NCBI GenBank assembly: GCA_016928955.1
Contig: JAFGJV010000005.1
Coordinates: forward strand, 1 to 44,832
DNA length: 44,832 nt
From: Spirochaetales bacterium
GTDB lineage: Bacteria > Spirochaetota > Spirochaetia > Treponematales > UBA12059
Direction of reading: 5' to 3'
Positions within the stretch are counted from its first letter, which is position 1. Each line of letters opens with the position of its first letter. The notes beneath the pieces were generated by a model, which was not told where the DNA came from, searched no databases, and saw nothing but the letters and a program-made list of their open reading frames with translations. A program made the translations under genes and the position numbers. Shown piece after piece: positions 16,517 through 24,785 of this stretch.

Positions 16517-17806
16517 CTAATTGGCTACAATATCGTCCTTAAAAGTTTTCCAGACATCCGCCGCTTGATAATCAGACAACACGGCAAACGGTACATAGTA
16601 GGTACGGTCGGGCATCAAAGACGGATCCCCGTAGAACGTGTATGTATCAATCGTGGGTGGAACCATAGGATACAGGCGAACTGATGTTAGCGCGTGGCAC
16701 CAGCCAAACACGCCGTAGGGCATAGTGGTGATCCCATACCCTAGCACAACGGAGTTCAGTGAATCGCAGCCTTGAAAAACGCTATAGCCCAGCTCGTTGA
16801 TGCTACCTAGGTCGACGGTCTCAAGGGCATCGCAGTTCTCGAAGGCGGAATCAAGCATTTTCGTTACGTTCGGTGCATCGGGTAGCGAGCTAAGCCTCAA
16901 GCAGCCTTCGAACGCATGAGGTGAGAACTCCGTCAAAGAGCTGCCAAGGCTGGCGCGCTCAAGGGCTTCACAATGGGCAAAAGCAAGCTCGCCAATAGTC
17001 TGGAGAGAGTCGGGAGCATCTATCTCCTTCAGCGCGTCGCACATAAAAAAGGCTTGAACCCCTATGGACTGGAGCTTGCTTCCAAAGCTGACGGTCTCCA
17101 AGGCATCACAACGGTAAAAAGCCTGGTTGCCTATGCTCAAAAGCCCGTCGGGTAGCTCTATGGCCGTCAGTGATGTACACCTGAGAAAAGCTCCATTGCC
17201 TAAGGAGGTGACCTTTGATCCAATATCAACCGAGAGTAAGGCGGAGCAACCTGAAAAAACAGAATCGCCTATTGTTGTAACCGACTCGGGCACGGTAACC
17301 CGTTTGATAACCGTGTTGCCGTCCACTTTGAAAAAGGTCTGGTTCAGCGCCGTTACAGGCATGCCGCTATCCGCCGTCGGAGGTATGGCCACGTATTCGT
17401 CGCTTCCAATGTATATCCCAAGGGTAACCTGACCCCCCGCGGAGGTTCTGCCAAAATCGGTGTAGGGCGTGTAGGTCAGCTCATACAGAGCTTCCGCACA
17501 GGAGGATGTATCCCAGCCATCCTTACAGGCTATGGCCTTCATGGTTTCCGCTATGGGGATAGGTCCTGAATAAACTGGGCTTGTCGAGTCCGGCTCGGAA
17601 CCGTCTACCGTGTAGCGAATCAAAGCCCCGTCGGTGGAACAGGTAATTTCCACGAGCCGGGCCCTGTTCTGCGGCCCCGGTTCCAGTGAAAAGCCGGGAA
17701 TCGCCACAACGGGCACTTCGTCCACACCAAGGGCGCACGAGGCAAAACCCAGTGTAACGGTAAAGAGCGTAAGCGTAATGGCCCAAGACGCGTTCTTTCT
17801 GTTCAT
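16517..17806 (-). CDS. BspA-type leucine-rich repeat (LRR_5) lipoprotein with an N-terminal Fn3-associated/chitobiase-like domain
   Basis: Lipobox FASC; IRYTVDGSEPDSTSPVYSGPI; about 23-aa repeats of the type IG..AF..C.SL..V.LP.SL. Confidence 0.88.
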   Translation of the reverse strand: MNRKNASWAITLTLFTVTLGFASCALGVDEVPVVAIPGFSLEPGPQNRARLVEITCSTDGALIRYTVDGSEPDSTSPVYSGPIPIAETMKAIACKDGWDTSSCAEALYELTYTPYTDFGRTSAGGQVTLGIYIGSDEYVAIPPTADSGMPVTALNQTFFKVDGNTVIKRVTVPESVTTIGDSVFSGCSALLSVDIGSKVTSLGNGAFLRCTSLTAIELPDGLLSIGNQAFYRCDALETVSFGSKLQSIGVQAFFMCDALKEIDAPDSLQTIGELAFAHCEALERASLGSSLTEFSPHAFEGCLRLSSLPDAPNVTKMLDSAFENCDALETVDLGSINELGYSVFQGCDSLNSVVLGYGITTMPYGVFGWCHALTSVRLYPMVPPTIDTYTFYGDPSLMPDRTYYVPFAVLSDYQAADVWKTFKDDIVAN

Positions 17807-17869
17807 AGTCTCCCCTTCAATCATGTACTTGCCTTTTGGTTCTCTATAGGCACGAAAACATTTCTGCCC

Positions 17870-19153
17870 TCATTTCCGGAAATCAAAAACGGCTCCGGCG
17901 GTTTCTGCCAGGGTAGCGCTCCGCTCTTCTCCCACCAGAATGCCTGTTGGGTGGACGGCCACCGCCGAACCGAACCAATTGGATTCGTCCGGATTCGGAG
18001 AGGACAAAACGGACACCATGCGCCACAGGCCGTCTGGACAGAGCCTATATACCCATGCGATACCCGCATTGCTTGCGAATCTGTTGTCGTAGGGATCCGA
18101 CACAGCCATTCTTCCGGCCGCTATGCTCACGTGCCGGTACTGGTGCGTATTACTGCCCGTAGACGGAGGGACAAATTGGGCTTCCCGGGCCCAAGAGCCC
18201 GTTCCCGAATCCCGCTTAAAGATGCACACAGGGGCATCTATACCGCTGGACGGATTACCCAAAGCGGCTACGACGGCTCGATCGCCGTCAAAGGCAAGAG
18301 ATGAGCCAAAGCCAAGGCCGGCTATGCCTTCATTGGGCACCAGCTCGCGCGTATGGCTCCAACTTGTGCCGTCGTACTCGTATACATACACAAGCCCGCA
18401 GGCAACATTGTCCACTGCTTCCGGATCAAAGGCGTATTCCGCGCCCGTAGCCCCGGCCAGTATGATGCCGTCTCCCATGGCCAAGGAAGTCCCAAGGCGA
18501 TAGTCTGTCCAGCTGTTGTCGTCCAGCGTTGCTTCAAGCGACCACGCTGTTCCGGAGCGCTTGAACACATATACGATTCCCGCGGATTCTATTGCTCCTG
18601 CCTTTTTATCCGGCGCTCCTATAACCGCCCGATCTCCATACAGGGCAAGGGAAGCGCCGAAGTAGTCACCGGCAAGCGGACTGGGCGCTGCTAGTTCCGC
18701 CTCCTGGGTCCAGGAACCGTCGGCCCCCCTAGCAAACACAAACACGGCGCCTCGGAGGCTTGATCTCCGGGGCGCGCCCACGAGTGCCAGGTCTCCGTGT
18801 ATGGCCCCCGTAGTACCGGCTTCATCCCGCGGATCAAGATCCGATGGCTTGAGCGTGGCTACATGCTTCCATATACCGCTTGCGTCCAGCTCGTACACAA
18901 ACGCGCCGACGTCGGCTCCAATGGTAGGGCAGCCTACCAGAGCCCTGTTCTGATGTACTGATATGGAACGGCCCATGTGGCTGTTAGGGTATTCGGATGG
19001 ATGGTCCAGGCGCTCCAGGGAGCGGGCGACATACTGTTCTGAATAGTCCGTATACGAATTCACATCCGAGCAGGAGGCCAGCAAAGACGGCCCCAGTACC
19101 ATACATACACAAACCATGCAGGCCAGGGAAGCCCGCGCTCCTCTACATTTCAT
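17870..19153 (-). CDS. FG-GAP repeat (integrin-alpha-like beta-propeller) lipoprotein
   Basis: Lipobox LASC; repeats such as DYFGASLALYGDRAVIGAP...AGIVYVFKRSGTAW. Confidence 0.85.
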   Translation of the reverse strand: MKCRGARASLACMVCVCMVLGPSLLASCSDVNSYTDYSEQYVARSLERLDHPSEYPNSHMGRSISVHQNRALVGCPTIGADVGAFVYELDASGIWKHVATLKPSDLDPRDEAGTTGAIHGDLALVGAPRRSSLRGAVFVFARGADGSWTQEAELAAPSPLAGDYFGASLALYGDRAVIGAPDKKAGAIESAGIVYVFKRSGTAWSLEATLDDNSWTDYRLGTSLAMGDGIILAGATGAEYAFDPEAVDNVACGLVYVYEYDGTSWSHTRELVPNEGIAGLGFGSSLAFDGDRAVVAALGNPSSGIDAPVCIFKRDSGTGSWAREAQFVPPSTGSNTHQYRHVSIAAGRMAVSDPYDNRFASNAGIAWVYRLCPDGLWRMVSVLSSPNPDESNWFGSAVAVHPTGILVGEERSATLAETAGAVFDFRK

Positions 19154-19219
19154 GCTGCACCTCTTTGTGCGGCAGTCTAGCGCAGAAGCTTGCATCTGAG
19201 TAAAAGGGCCGGGGCTGAT

Positions 19220-19254
19220 TTTTGTATGAGACCGTACTCATACAAAAGTATGAG
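19220..19254. promoter_or_regulatory. Overlapping inverted repeats, candidate LuxR/NarL-type operator
   Basis: CTCATAC-AAAA-GTATGAG (19237-19254) plus TTTTGTATGAG-N6-CTCATACAAAA (19220-19247), in the divergent intergenic region. Confidence 0.65.
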
Positions 19255-19299
19255 GCACCTTGTTCCAGTGGTATCTTTGAGCGTATACTGCGGACAATT

Positions 19300-20253
19300 A
19301 TGGAAATCATTGTGCTTCGCCGCATATCAGTCTTCAGCGCCATCGCGTTAGGCCTGGCGCTTGGGGCGGCGATACCCTTTGTCAGGAAAAAGCGGGGCGA
19401 CAAGGGATTCAACGCTTTCTACTACACGCTGGTGCCCGGCATAGTGTCGGCGATCCTTGAGCTCGTATTGTCGAATTGCAGCGAAAGCTCAGCCTACCGC
19501 CCGCTCTTGGTGGACCTGGCTCGCGCGGCTCGCATACTCATGGGGCCCGCATGGCTGAGCTTCTGCCATGTTCACTATACGTTGATCCTCCGCGGCAGAG
19601 GCTTGCCCCTCTATCGGTGGTGGCTCGCCCTGAACGCTGTAGGCGTGCTTCTGCTTGCCGGATCCATCGCATGGCCGGAATTCGAGGCTGTCCAGAAACG
19701 CGCGTCATCCCTGATCCTGAGCTCAACGCTTTTTTACGCGGGCAGTATGGCCTTTGCCGTGCTCAGGCACACCAAGAAACTTTCCCTTTCCTCCTGGGCG
19801 GGAATCGTTTGCGCCGGCATCAGCATGGTGTACTATCCGTTCATAGCGCTGTCTGAGGCCTTCGGGCTCCAGTTCAGCAATTTTTCCACGGACTACCCCC
19901 TGTCTTTCCAGGTATTTCCGTTCTACTTCAGCGTCATCTGCCTGATAGTGGCCTTCTTCCTCTGGCTGTCCCACAAAGGTTGCACCAAAGGACAGCTGGT
20001 TACATCCGCCGAGGGCCCGTCCGCCGCGTACACGCCCCCACCGGGCCTGCTGTCGCCCAGGGAAAAAGACGTATACGCCCTGTTGGTCCAGGGATGCTCG
20101 GCCTCAGACATAGCCGACAGGCTGTGCGTGTCTCTGTCGACGATAAAAACCCATACCCGGTCCATATACACCAAACTGGACCTGAGCGGCAGGCACGAGG
20201 CTATGGCCCTCCATAGAGGGACCAAGCCTGGCGAGCCTGGGACGCGGGACTAG
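19300..20253 (+). CDS. Membrane-anchored LuxR-family transcriptional regulator
   Basis: About 7 hydrophobic segments, then a C-terminal LuxR HTH (LSPREKDVYALLVQG...IADRLCVSLSTIKTHTRSIYTKL). Start uncertain (19222-19300). Confidence 0.85.
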   Translation: MEIIVLRRISVFSAIALGLALGAAIPFVRKKRGDKGFNAFYYTLVPGIVSAILELVLSNCSESSAYRPLLVDLARAARILMGPAWLSFCHVHYTLILRGRGLPLYRWWLALNAVGVLLLAGSIAWPEFEAVQKRASSLILSSTLFYAGSMAFAVLRHTKKLSLSSWAGIVCAGISMVYYPFIALSEAFGLQFSNFSTDYPLSFQVFPFYFSVICLIVAFFLWLSHKGCTKGQLVTSAEGPSAAYTPPPGLLSPREKDVYALLVQGCSASDIADRLCVSLSTIKTHTRSIYTKLDLSGRHEAMALHRGTKPGEPGTRD

Positions 20254-20255
20254 CC

Positions 20256-21176
20256 ATGGAGACAGCAGTCTACCTGGCGTCACTCGCGGCAGTCCTGTGG
20301 ACAGCCTCGTCTGTGTCCAGGATCGCAAGCTCGAACGTCAACAAAACGGACAATCATTCTGCGGACCGGGGTCTGCCTTTCATGCTCGTTCCTCTCGGGC
20401 TCGTAGGCCTGGTCATACTGCTTGAGCACGCGCGCCTATACGGTCCCTCTATGGACACCCTCGGCATGCGTCTGGCCGTAGGCTTCACGCGGCGCTGCAT
20501 GGGCGGAGCCTGGCTTTTTTTCTGCACGGCGCATTACCGGCTGTATTCGCTTGTCGAGCCCAGGCACCGACTTACGCCCTGGTTGCTGTGGCTGAGCCTG
20601 GCAGCCAACCTTGCGTACGTTGCGCTGAACCTTGTCATGGGACCAGGCGCCTGGGATACGGCCAGCATGGGGCTCATGATGGCCGTAGCCTTCTATGCGG
20701 GCGCGGACGCCATCTTCCTGGCAATCAGGCACGACGCCTTCCTGGCGTCCTCAAAGGCAGGCATCCGCATAGCCATGATGACCATGGTCGTCTACCCGGT
20801 GGTGGTGATCAGCGATCTGGCGGGCGTGCGTTTCCCGGGCCTGAGCCACGGCCGGCCCATGTGGAGCCAGACAAATCCGCTCTACCTGCTGGTTCTGCTT
20901 GCGATGCTCGAGCCGGCACTGCCAAAGACCAGCCGGACTGATATCCAGGCCAGTGACAACGCTCCTACGGAGAGCGCCAATGGCCAGCCAAAGCTTTCCC
21001 TTTCCCAGAGGGAACACCAAGTTCTGCGCTTGATAGTAGAAGGCAAGAGATACAAAGAAATAGCCGCCGCGCTTGACATCAGCATGCCCACGGTAAAAAG
21101 CCACGTAAGCTCCGCGTACCGCAAACTCGGCGTCAAGGGACGGGCTGACCTCTACCGCCGTTCTTTGCTACAATAG
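20256..21176 (+). CDS. Membrane-anchored LuxR-family transcriptional regulator (second paralogue)
   Basis: Multi-TM N-terminus; HTH LSQREHQVLRLIVEG..YKEIA..LDISMPTVKSHVSSAYRKLGV. Confidence 0.87.
   Translation: METAVYLASLAAVLWTASSVSRIASSNVNKTDNHSADRGLPFMLVPLGLVGLVILLEHARLYGPSMDTLGMRLAVGFTRRCMGGAWLFFCTAHYRLYSLVEPRHRLTPWLLWLSLAANLAYVALNLVMGPGAWDTASMGLMMAVAFYAGADAIFLAIRHDAFLASSKAGIRIAMMTMVVYPVVVISDLAGVRFPGLSHGRPMWSQTNPLYLLVLLAMLEPALPKTSRTDIQASDNAPTESANGQPKLSLSQREHQVLRLIVEGKRYKEIAAALDISMPTVKSHVSSAYRKLGVKGRADLYRRSLLQ
21145..21174 (+). promoter_or_regulatory. Putative leaderless promoter of the HAD gene
   Basis: CTGACC-N18-TACAAT with TGn extension, 7 nt before ATG 21182; no SD. Confidence 0.55.
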
Positions 21177-21181
21177 CGCCC

Positions 21182-21838
21182 ATGATCAAAGCCATCATTT
21201 TTGACCTGGACGGCACCCTGGTGGATACGCTTGCGGACATAGCCGGCATGATGAACATGCTCCTGTCCGAGCGCGGCCTGCCCACGCACAGCCTGGAAGA
21301 CTACCGGTACATGGTGGGCAGAGGCTTCGCAAGCCTTCTGCGCTCCGCCTTGCCTCCGGATTCGAGCGTGGATCTTGACCGCTTCGAGATGGACGCCTTT
21401 GCCCGCTACAAGGCCATGGGCTCAGGGTCTTCCCGGCCCTATCCCGGGGTGGTGGATGCCCTGGCGACGCTCGCTTCCGGCGGCATCAAGCTGGGTGTCC
21501 TGTCCAACAAACCCGATCCCATGACCGCGGACATGATAGCCACCCTGTTTCCCGGCACCCGCTTCGGTTTTGTGCGGGGCGGGTTGCCCGGCGTGCCGCT
21601 GAAGCCTGACCCAACCACGGCACTGGAGGCGGCCACAGCCCTGGGCGCGGCTCCCTCCGAGTGCGCCTTTGTGGGCGACTCCGACGTGGACATGCGCACG
21701 GCCGTCAACGCCGGCATGCTGGCCGTGGGCGCCGCCTGGGGCTTCCGCACGGAGGACGAACTCAAGGCGGCCGGGGCGGCCGTAATCGCTCAGTCCATGG
21801 CCGACGTAACGGCCCTGGCTTCGGATTCATCCCGATAG
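21182..21838 (+). CDS. HAD-family hydrolase (phosphoglycolate phosphatase-like)
   Basis: FDLDGTLVDT, SNK, KPDP, VGDSDVD, WGF motifs. Confidence 0.9.
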   Translation: MIKAIIFDLDGTLVDTLADIAGMMNMLLSERGLPTHSLEDYRYMVGRGFASLLRSALPPDSSVDLDRFEMDAFARYKAMGSGSSRPYPGVVDALATLASGGIKLGVLSNKPDPMTADMIATLFPGTRFGFVRGGLPGVPLKPDPTTALEAATALGAAPSECAFVGDSDVDMRTAVNAGMLAVGAAWGFRTEDELKAAGAAVIAQSMADVTALASDSSR

Positions 21839-21982
21839 AGGGCCGCGGCGCGCGGGGCCAGCCCTGAAATGGGGCCGGCGGGCATTCCCCCGGCCCTGGA
21901 TTACCAGTATACTGAAGCGGACGGCGGCCGGCACGGCCGCCTCATTCGTCGTCGATTACCATACACGCATGGGGGTTATAGC

Positions 21983-23731
21983 ATGGACACAAACGATATC
22001 CTGGCGCGCGCGCGCGATTACCTTGCCAAAGAGAGCGACCCAGACTTCCGTAAGCAGGTTGAGGACCTGATAGCCGCGAACGATCTCAAGGAACTTGAGG
22101 ATCGCTTCTACCGGGACCTGGAATTCGGCACCGGCGGGCTCAGGGGCGTCATAGGCGGCGGCTACAACCGCATGAACTCGTACGTGGTCAGGCGGGCCAC
22201 GCAGGGCATGTGCGACTATCTCAAGGCAAGCGTCAAGGGCAAGAGCCTGTCGGCCTGCGTGGCCTACGATTCCCGCCGCTACTCAGCCGTGTTCGCCCTG
22301 GACACGGCCCTGATCTTTGCGGCCAACGGCATCACCGCGTACCTGTTCAGCGCGCTCAGGCCCACCCCCGAGCTGTCCTACGCCATACGCCGCCTTGGCG
22401 CGGATACCGGCGTGGTCGTCACGGCCAGCCACAACCCTCCGGCGTATAACGGCTACAAGGCGTACTGGAACGACGGCGCCCAGGTCATAGCCCCTCACGA
22501 CACGGGCATCATAGAGAAGGTGAACGCGGTCAGGGACATCAAGAGCATGCCCAAGGAAGAAGCCCTGGCCAAGGGACTCCTCAAGATCATAGACAAGGAA
22601 ATAGACGAGCCCTACGTGGCCATGGTCAAGTCGACGCTGTTCAGGCCGGAGCTATTCGCTAGGATGGCGGCCGACGTCAAGATCGTGTACACGCCGCTCC
22701 ACGGCACGGGCGCCCTCCACTTTGAGCGCGTCATGGGCGAACTGGGCCTGTCCGTGGCCACGGTGCCCGAACAGCGGGAGCCGGACGGAGAGTTCCCCAC
22801 GGTGTCCTACCCCAACCCCGAGGAGGCCGCGGCCCTCAAAATGGCCCTGGACCTCGGCGCACAGCTCAAGGCCGACGTGGTCATGGCCACGGACCCGGAC
22901 GCTGACCGGCTGGGCATAGCGGTACCGAACGCGGCCGGGGGCTTCAGCCTGATCAGCGGCAACCAGCTTGGCGCCCTGCACCTGGACTACATCCTCCTGT
23001 CTCGCAAGGAACTGGGCAAGATGCCCAAACGCCCGGCGGCCATACGGAGCATCGTGACCACCGGCCTGCAGACCCGCGTAGCCCAGGCGTACGGCGCCGA
23101 AAGCCATGAATGCCTGACAGGCTTCAAGTGGATAGCCGATGTCATGCGACGCTTTGAGGAAACGGGCCTGGACTTTGTGTACGCCACCGAGGAGAGCTAC
23201 GGCTACCTGGTGGAAACCGACGTGCGCGACAAGGACGGCATCAGCGCGGCCGCCATGACCGCCGAAATGACCCTGTACTGGCGGAGCAAGGGCAAGAGCC
23301 TCCTTGAGCGCCTGGACGAGCTGTTCATGGAGCACGGCTACCACGAGGAAAAGGGCATCAACAAGTATTTCGAGGGCGCCGAGGGCATGACCATCATGAA
23401 GGGCATCATGGAACGCTACCGCGCCAAGCAGCCGAGCGCCTTTGGTGGCGTCAAGGTGGCCCGCATCAAGGATATCAAGACAGGCAAGGAATGGCAGGCA
23501 GGCAAACCTGAGTCGGCCAAGGACCTGGATCTGCCGTCCAGCGACGTCATCCAGTGGTATCTTGAGGACGGCACCATGGTAACGGTCCGCCCGTCTGGCA
23601 CCGAGCCCAAGATCAAGTACTATATCCTGGCCCGGACGCCGGTCGAACGCGACGGTCTGGCCGGAGCCAGGGCGGAGAGCGCGCGGAAAATCAGCGCCAT
23701 AGAGGCGGACATCAGGGCCGTGCTGTCGTGA
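21983..23731 (+). CDS. pgm: Phosphoglucomutase/phosphomannomutase
   Basis: LEFGTGGLRG, TASHNP, DPDADR, EESYG, RPSGTEPKIK. Confidence 0.93.
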   Translation: MDTNDILARARDYLAKESDPDFRKQVEDLIAANDLKELEDRFYRDLEFGTGGLRGVIGGGYNRMNSYVVRRATQGMCDYLKASVKGKSLSACVAYDSRRYSAVFALDTALIFAANGITAYLFSALRPTPELSYAIRRLGADTGVVVTASHNPPAYNGYKAYWNDGAQVIAPHDTGIIEKVNAVRDIKSMPKEEALAKGLLKIIDKEIDEPYVAMVKSTLFRPELFARMAADVKIVYTPLHGTGALHFERVMGELGLSVATVPEQREPDGEFPTVSYPNPEEAAALKMALDLGAQLKADVVMATDPDADRLGIAVPNAAGGFSLISGNQLGALHLDYILLSRKELGKMPKRPAAIRSIVTTGLQTRVAQAYGAESHECLTGFKWIADVMRRFEETGLDFVYATEESYGYLVETDVRDKDGISAAAMTAEMTLYWRSKGKSLLERLDELFMEHGYHEEKGINKYFEGAEGMTIMKGIMERYRAKQPSAFGGVKVARIKDIKTGKEWQAGKPESAKDLDLPSSDVIQWYLEDGTMVTVRPSGTEPKIKYYILARTPVERDGLAGARAESARKISAIEADIRAVLS

Positions 23732-24399
23732 GCTATCCCTGGACGCGGGGAGGTCCCGGCACCAACCGGAACTATTCCAGGCGGCCGTCCGGATCCCCCG
23801 GCGGCCGTCCTGCGTCAAGGCGCCTGTCCCAAGACGAGCTGGACACCCTGTACACGGCGCTCGGGAGGGGCCGCTTTGTCGCCCTGGATGTTGAAACCAC
23901 GGGCCTGTCCGCCGCGTCCGAGCGCGTGGTCGAGATATGCGCGCTTCGTTTTTCCCTTCGGCGCCAGGATACTGCCTGGCTCCTTGAACCGGGCGACGAG
24001 TTCGAGCGGCTGGTGAATCCGGGGCGCCCCATGCCGGACGCTGCCCAGGCCATCCATGGCATCAGCGACCTGGACGTATCCGGCGCTCCGGGCTTTTCCG
24101 AGCTGGCGCCGGCCCTGGCCGAATTCCTGGGCGACGACCCCCTGGTTGCCCACAACGCTCCCTTTGACCTGGGTTTTCTTGCGGCCGAGTTCGGCCGCGC
24201 TGGCCTTGCGGTCCCGGCAAATCCGGGGTATGATACCTTGGTGTTGGCGCGGACAGCTGTGCCCCACCTGCCCAGCTACTCGCTGGTTTCCCTGGTTTTC
24301 GCCTTTGGGGTACACAGTGATGGCGCCCACCGGGCTGGATGGGACACCAGGGCATGTATGGAAGTGTTCCACCGCTGCGTTTCCCTACTGTACAAGTAA
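23728..24399 (+). CDS. DEDDh 3'-5' exonuclease (DnaQ/epsilon-like)
   Basis: DVETTG, IHGI, HNAPFD, DTL, HRA..D; GTGA overlap with the pgm stop. Confidence 0.88.
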   Translation: MSYPWTRGGPGTNRNYSRRPSGSPGGRPASRRLSQDELDTLYTALGRGRFVALDVETTGLSAASERVVEICALRFSLRRQDTAWLLEPGDEFERLVNPGRPMPDAAQAIHGISDLDVSGAPGFSELAPALAEFLGDDPLVAHNAPFDLGFLAAEFGRAGLAVPANPGYDTLVLARTAVPHLPSYSLVSLVFAFGVHSDGAHRAGWDTRACMEVFHRCVSLLYK

Positions 24400-24406
24400 A
24401 CCCGGA

Positions 24407-24445
24407 AGCTCGACATAATTGTCGAGCTTCGACATAATTGTCGAA
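24407..24445. repeat. Tandem identical palindromes TCGACA-TAAT-TGTCGA (candidate enhancer/UAS)
   Basis: The 16-mer TCGACATAATTGTCGA occurs at 24410-24425 and 24429-24444. Confidence 0.85.
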
Positions 24446-24567
24446 CATATTTTTCCGTTTTTCTTACCAATCTACTCTTCTTTTTTCCCACCTCTGCCCC
24501 GGTTTAGATAAGTCTTGCCCAGTAAGGAATTACTGGCAACAGAATTCTCGATTGGGATAGCCCTCTT

Positions 24568-24582
24568 TGGCACGGTTCTTGC
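24568..24582 (+). promoter_or_regulatory. sigma54 (-24/-12) promoter
   Basis: TGGCACG-GTTC-TTGC, an exact match to TGGCACG-N4-TTGC, about 200 nt upstream of the giant lipoprotein gene. Confidence 0.85.
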
Positions 24583-24785
24583 CGATACTATTATGGGTAG
24601 GAGCGTCATGTCATGGCCGCGAACACCGAGAGCAGCCGATATGACGCCGTTTCTACCCCCGGGGTTGGCGCTATTGGAGATTTCGTCACGTTACTCGTGC
24701 AAGCGCTACCTGCCCACGTTATAGTCATGAGTGCGGCGGTGCAGTACCCCAGGGGGCGCATCGCTCTGGAATTACGGAGGAAACT

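Noticed and set aside
14280..21180. Accessory block as a defined mobile element
   Set aside because: No integrase, transposase, tRNA or flanking direct repeats found; only a compositional shift.
24407..24445. Tandem palindromes as a CRISPR array or transposon end
   Set aside because: Only two 16-bp units with a 3-nt gap; no spacers, cas genes or transposase. The position fits an enhancer better.
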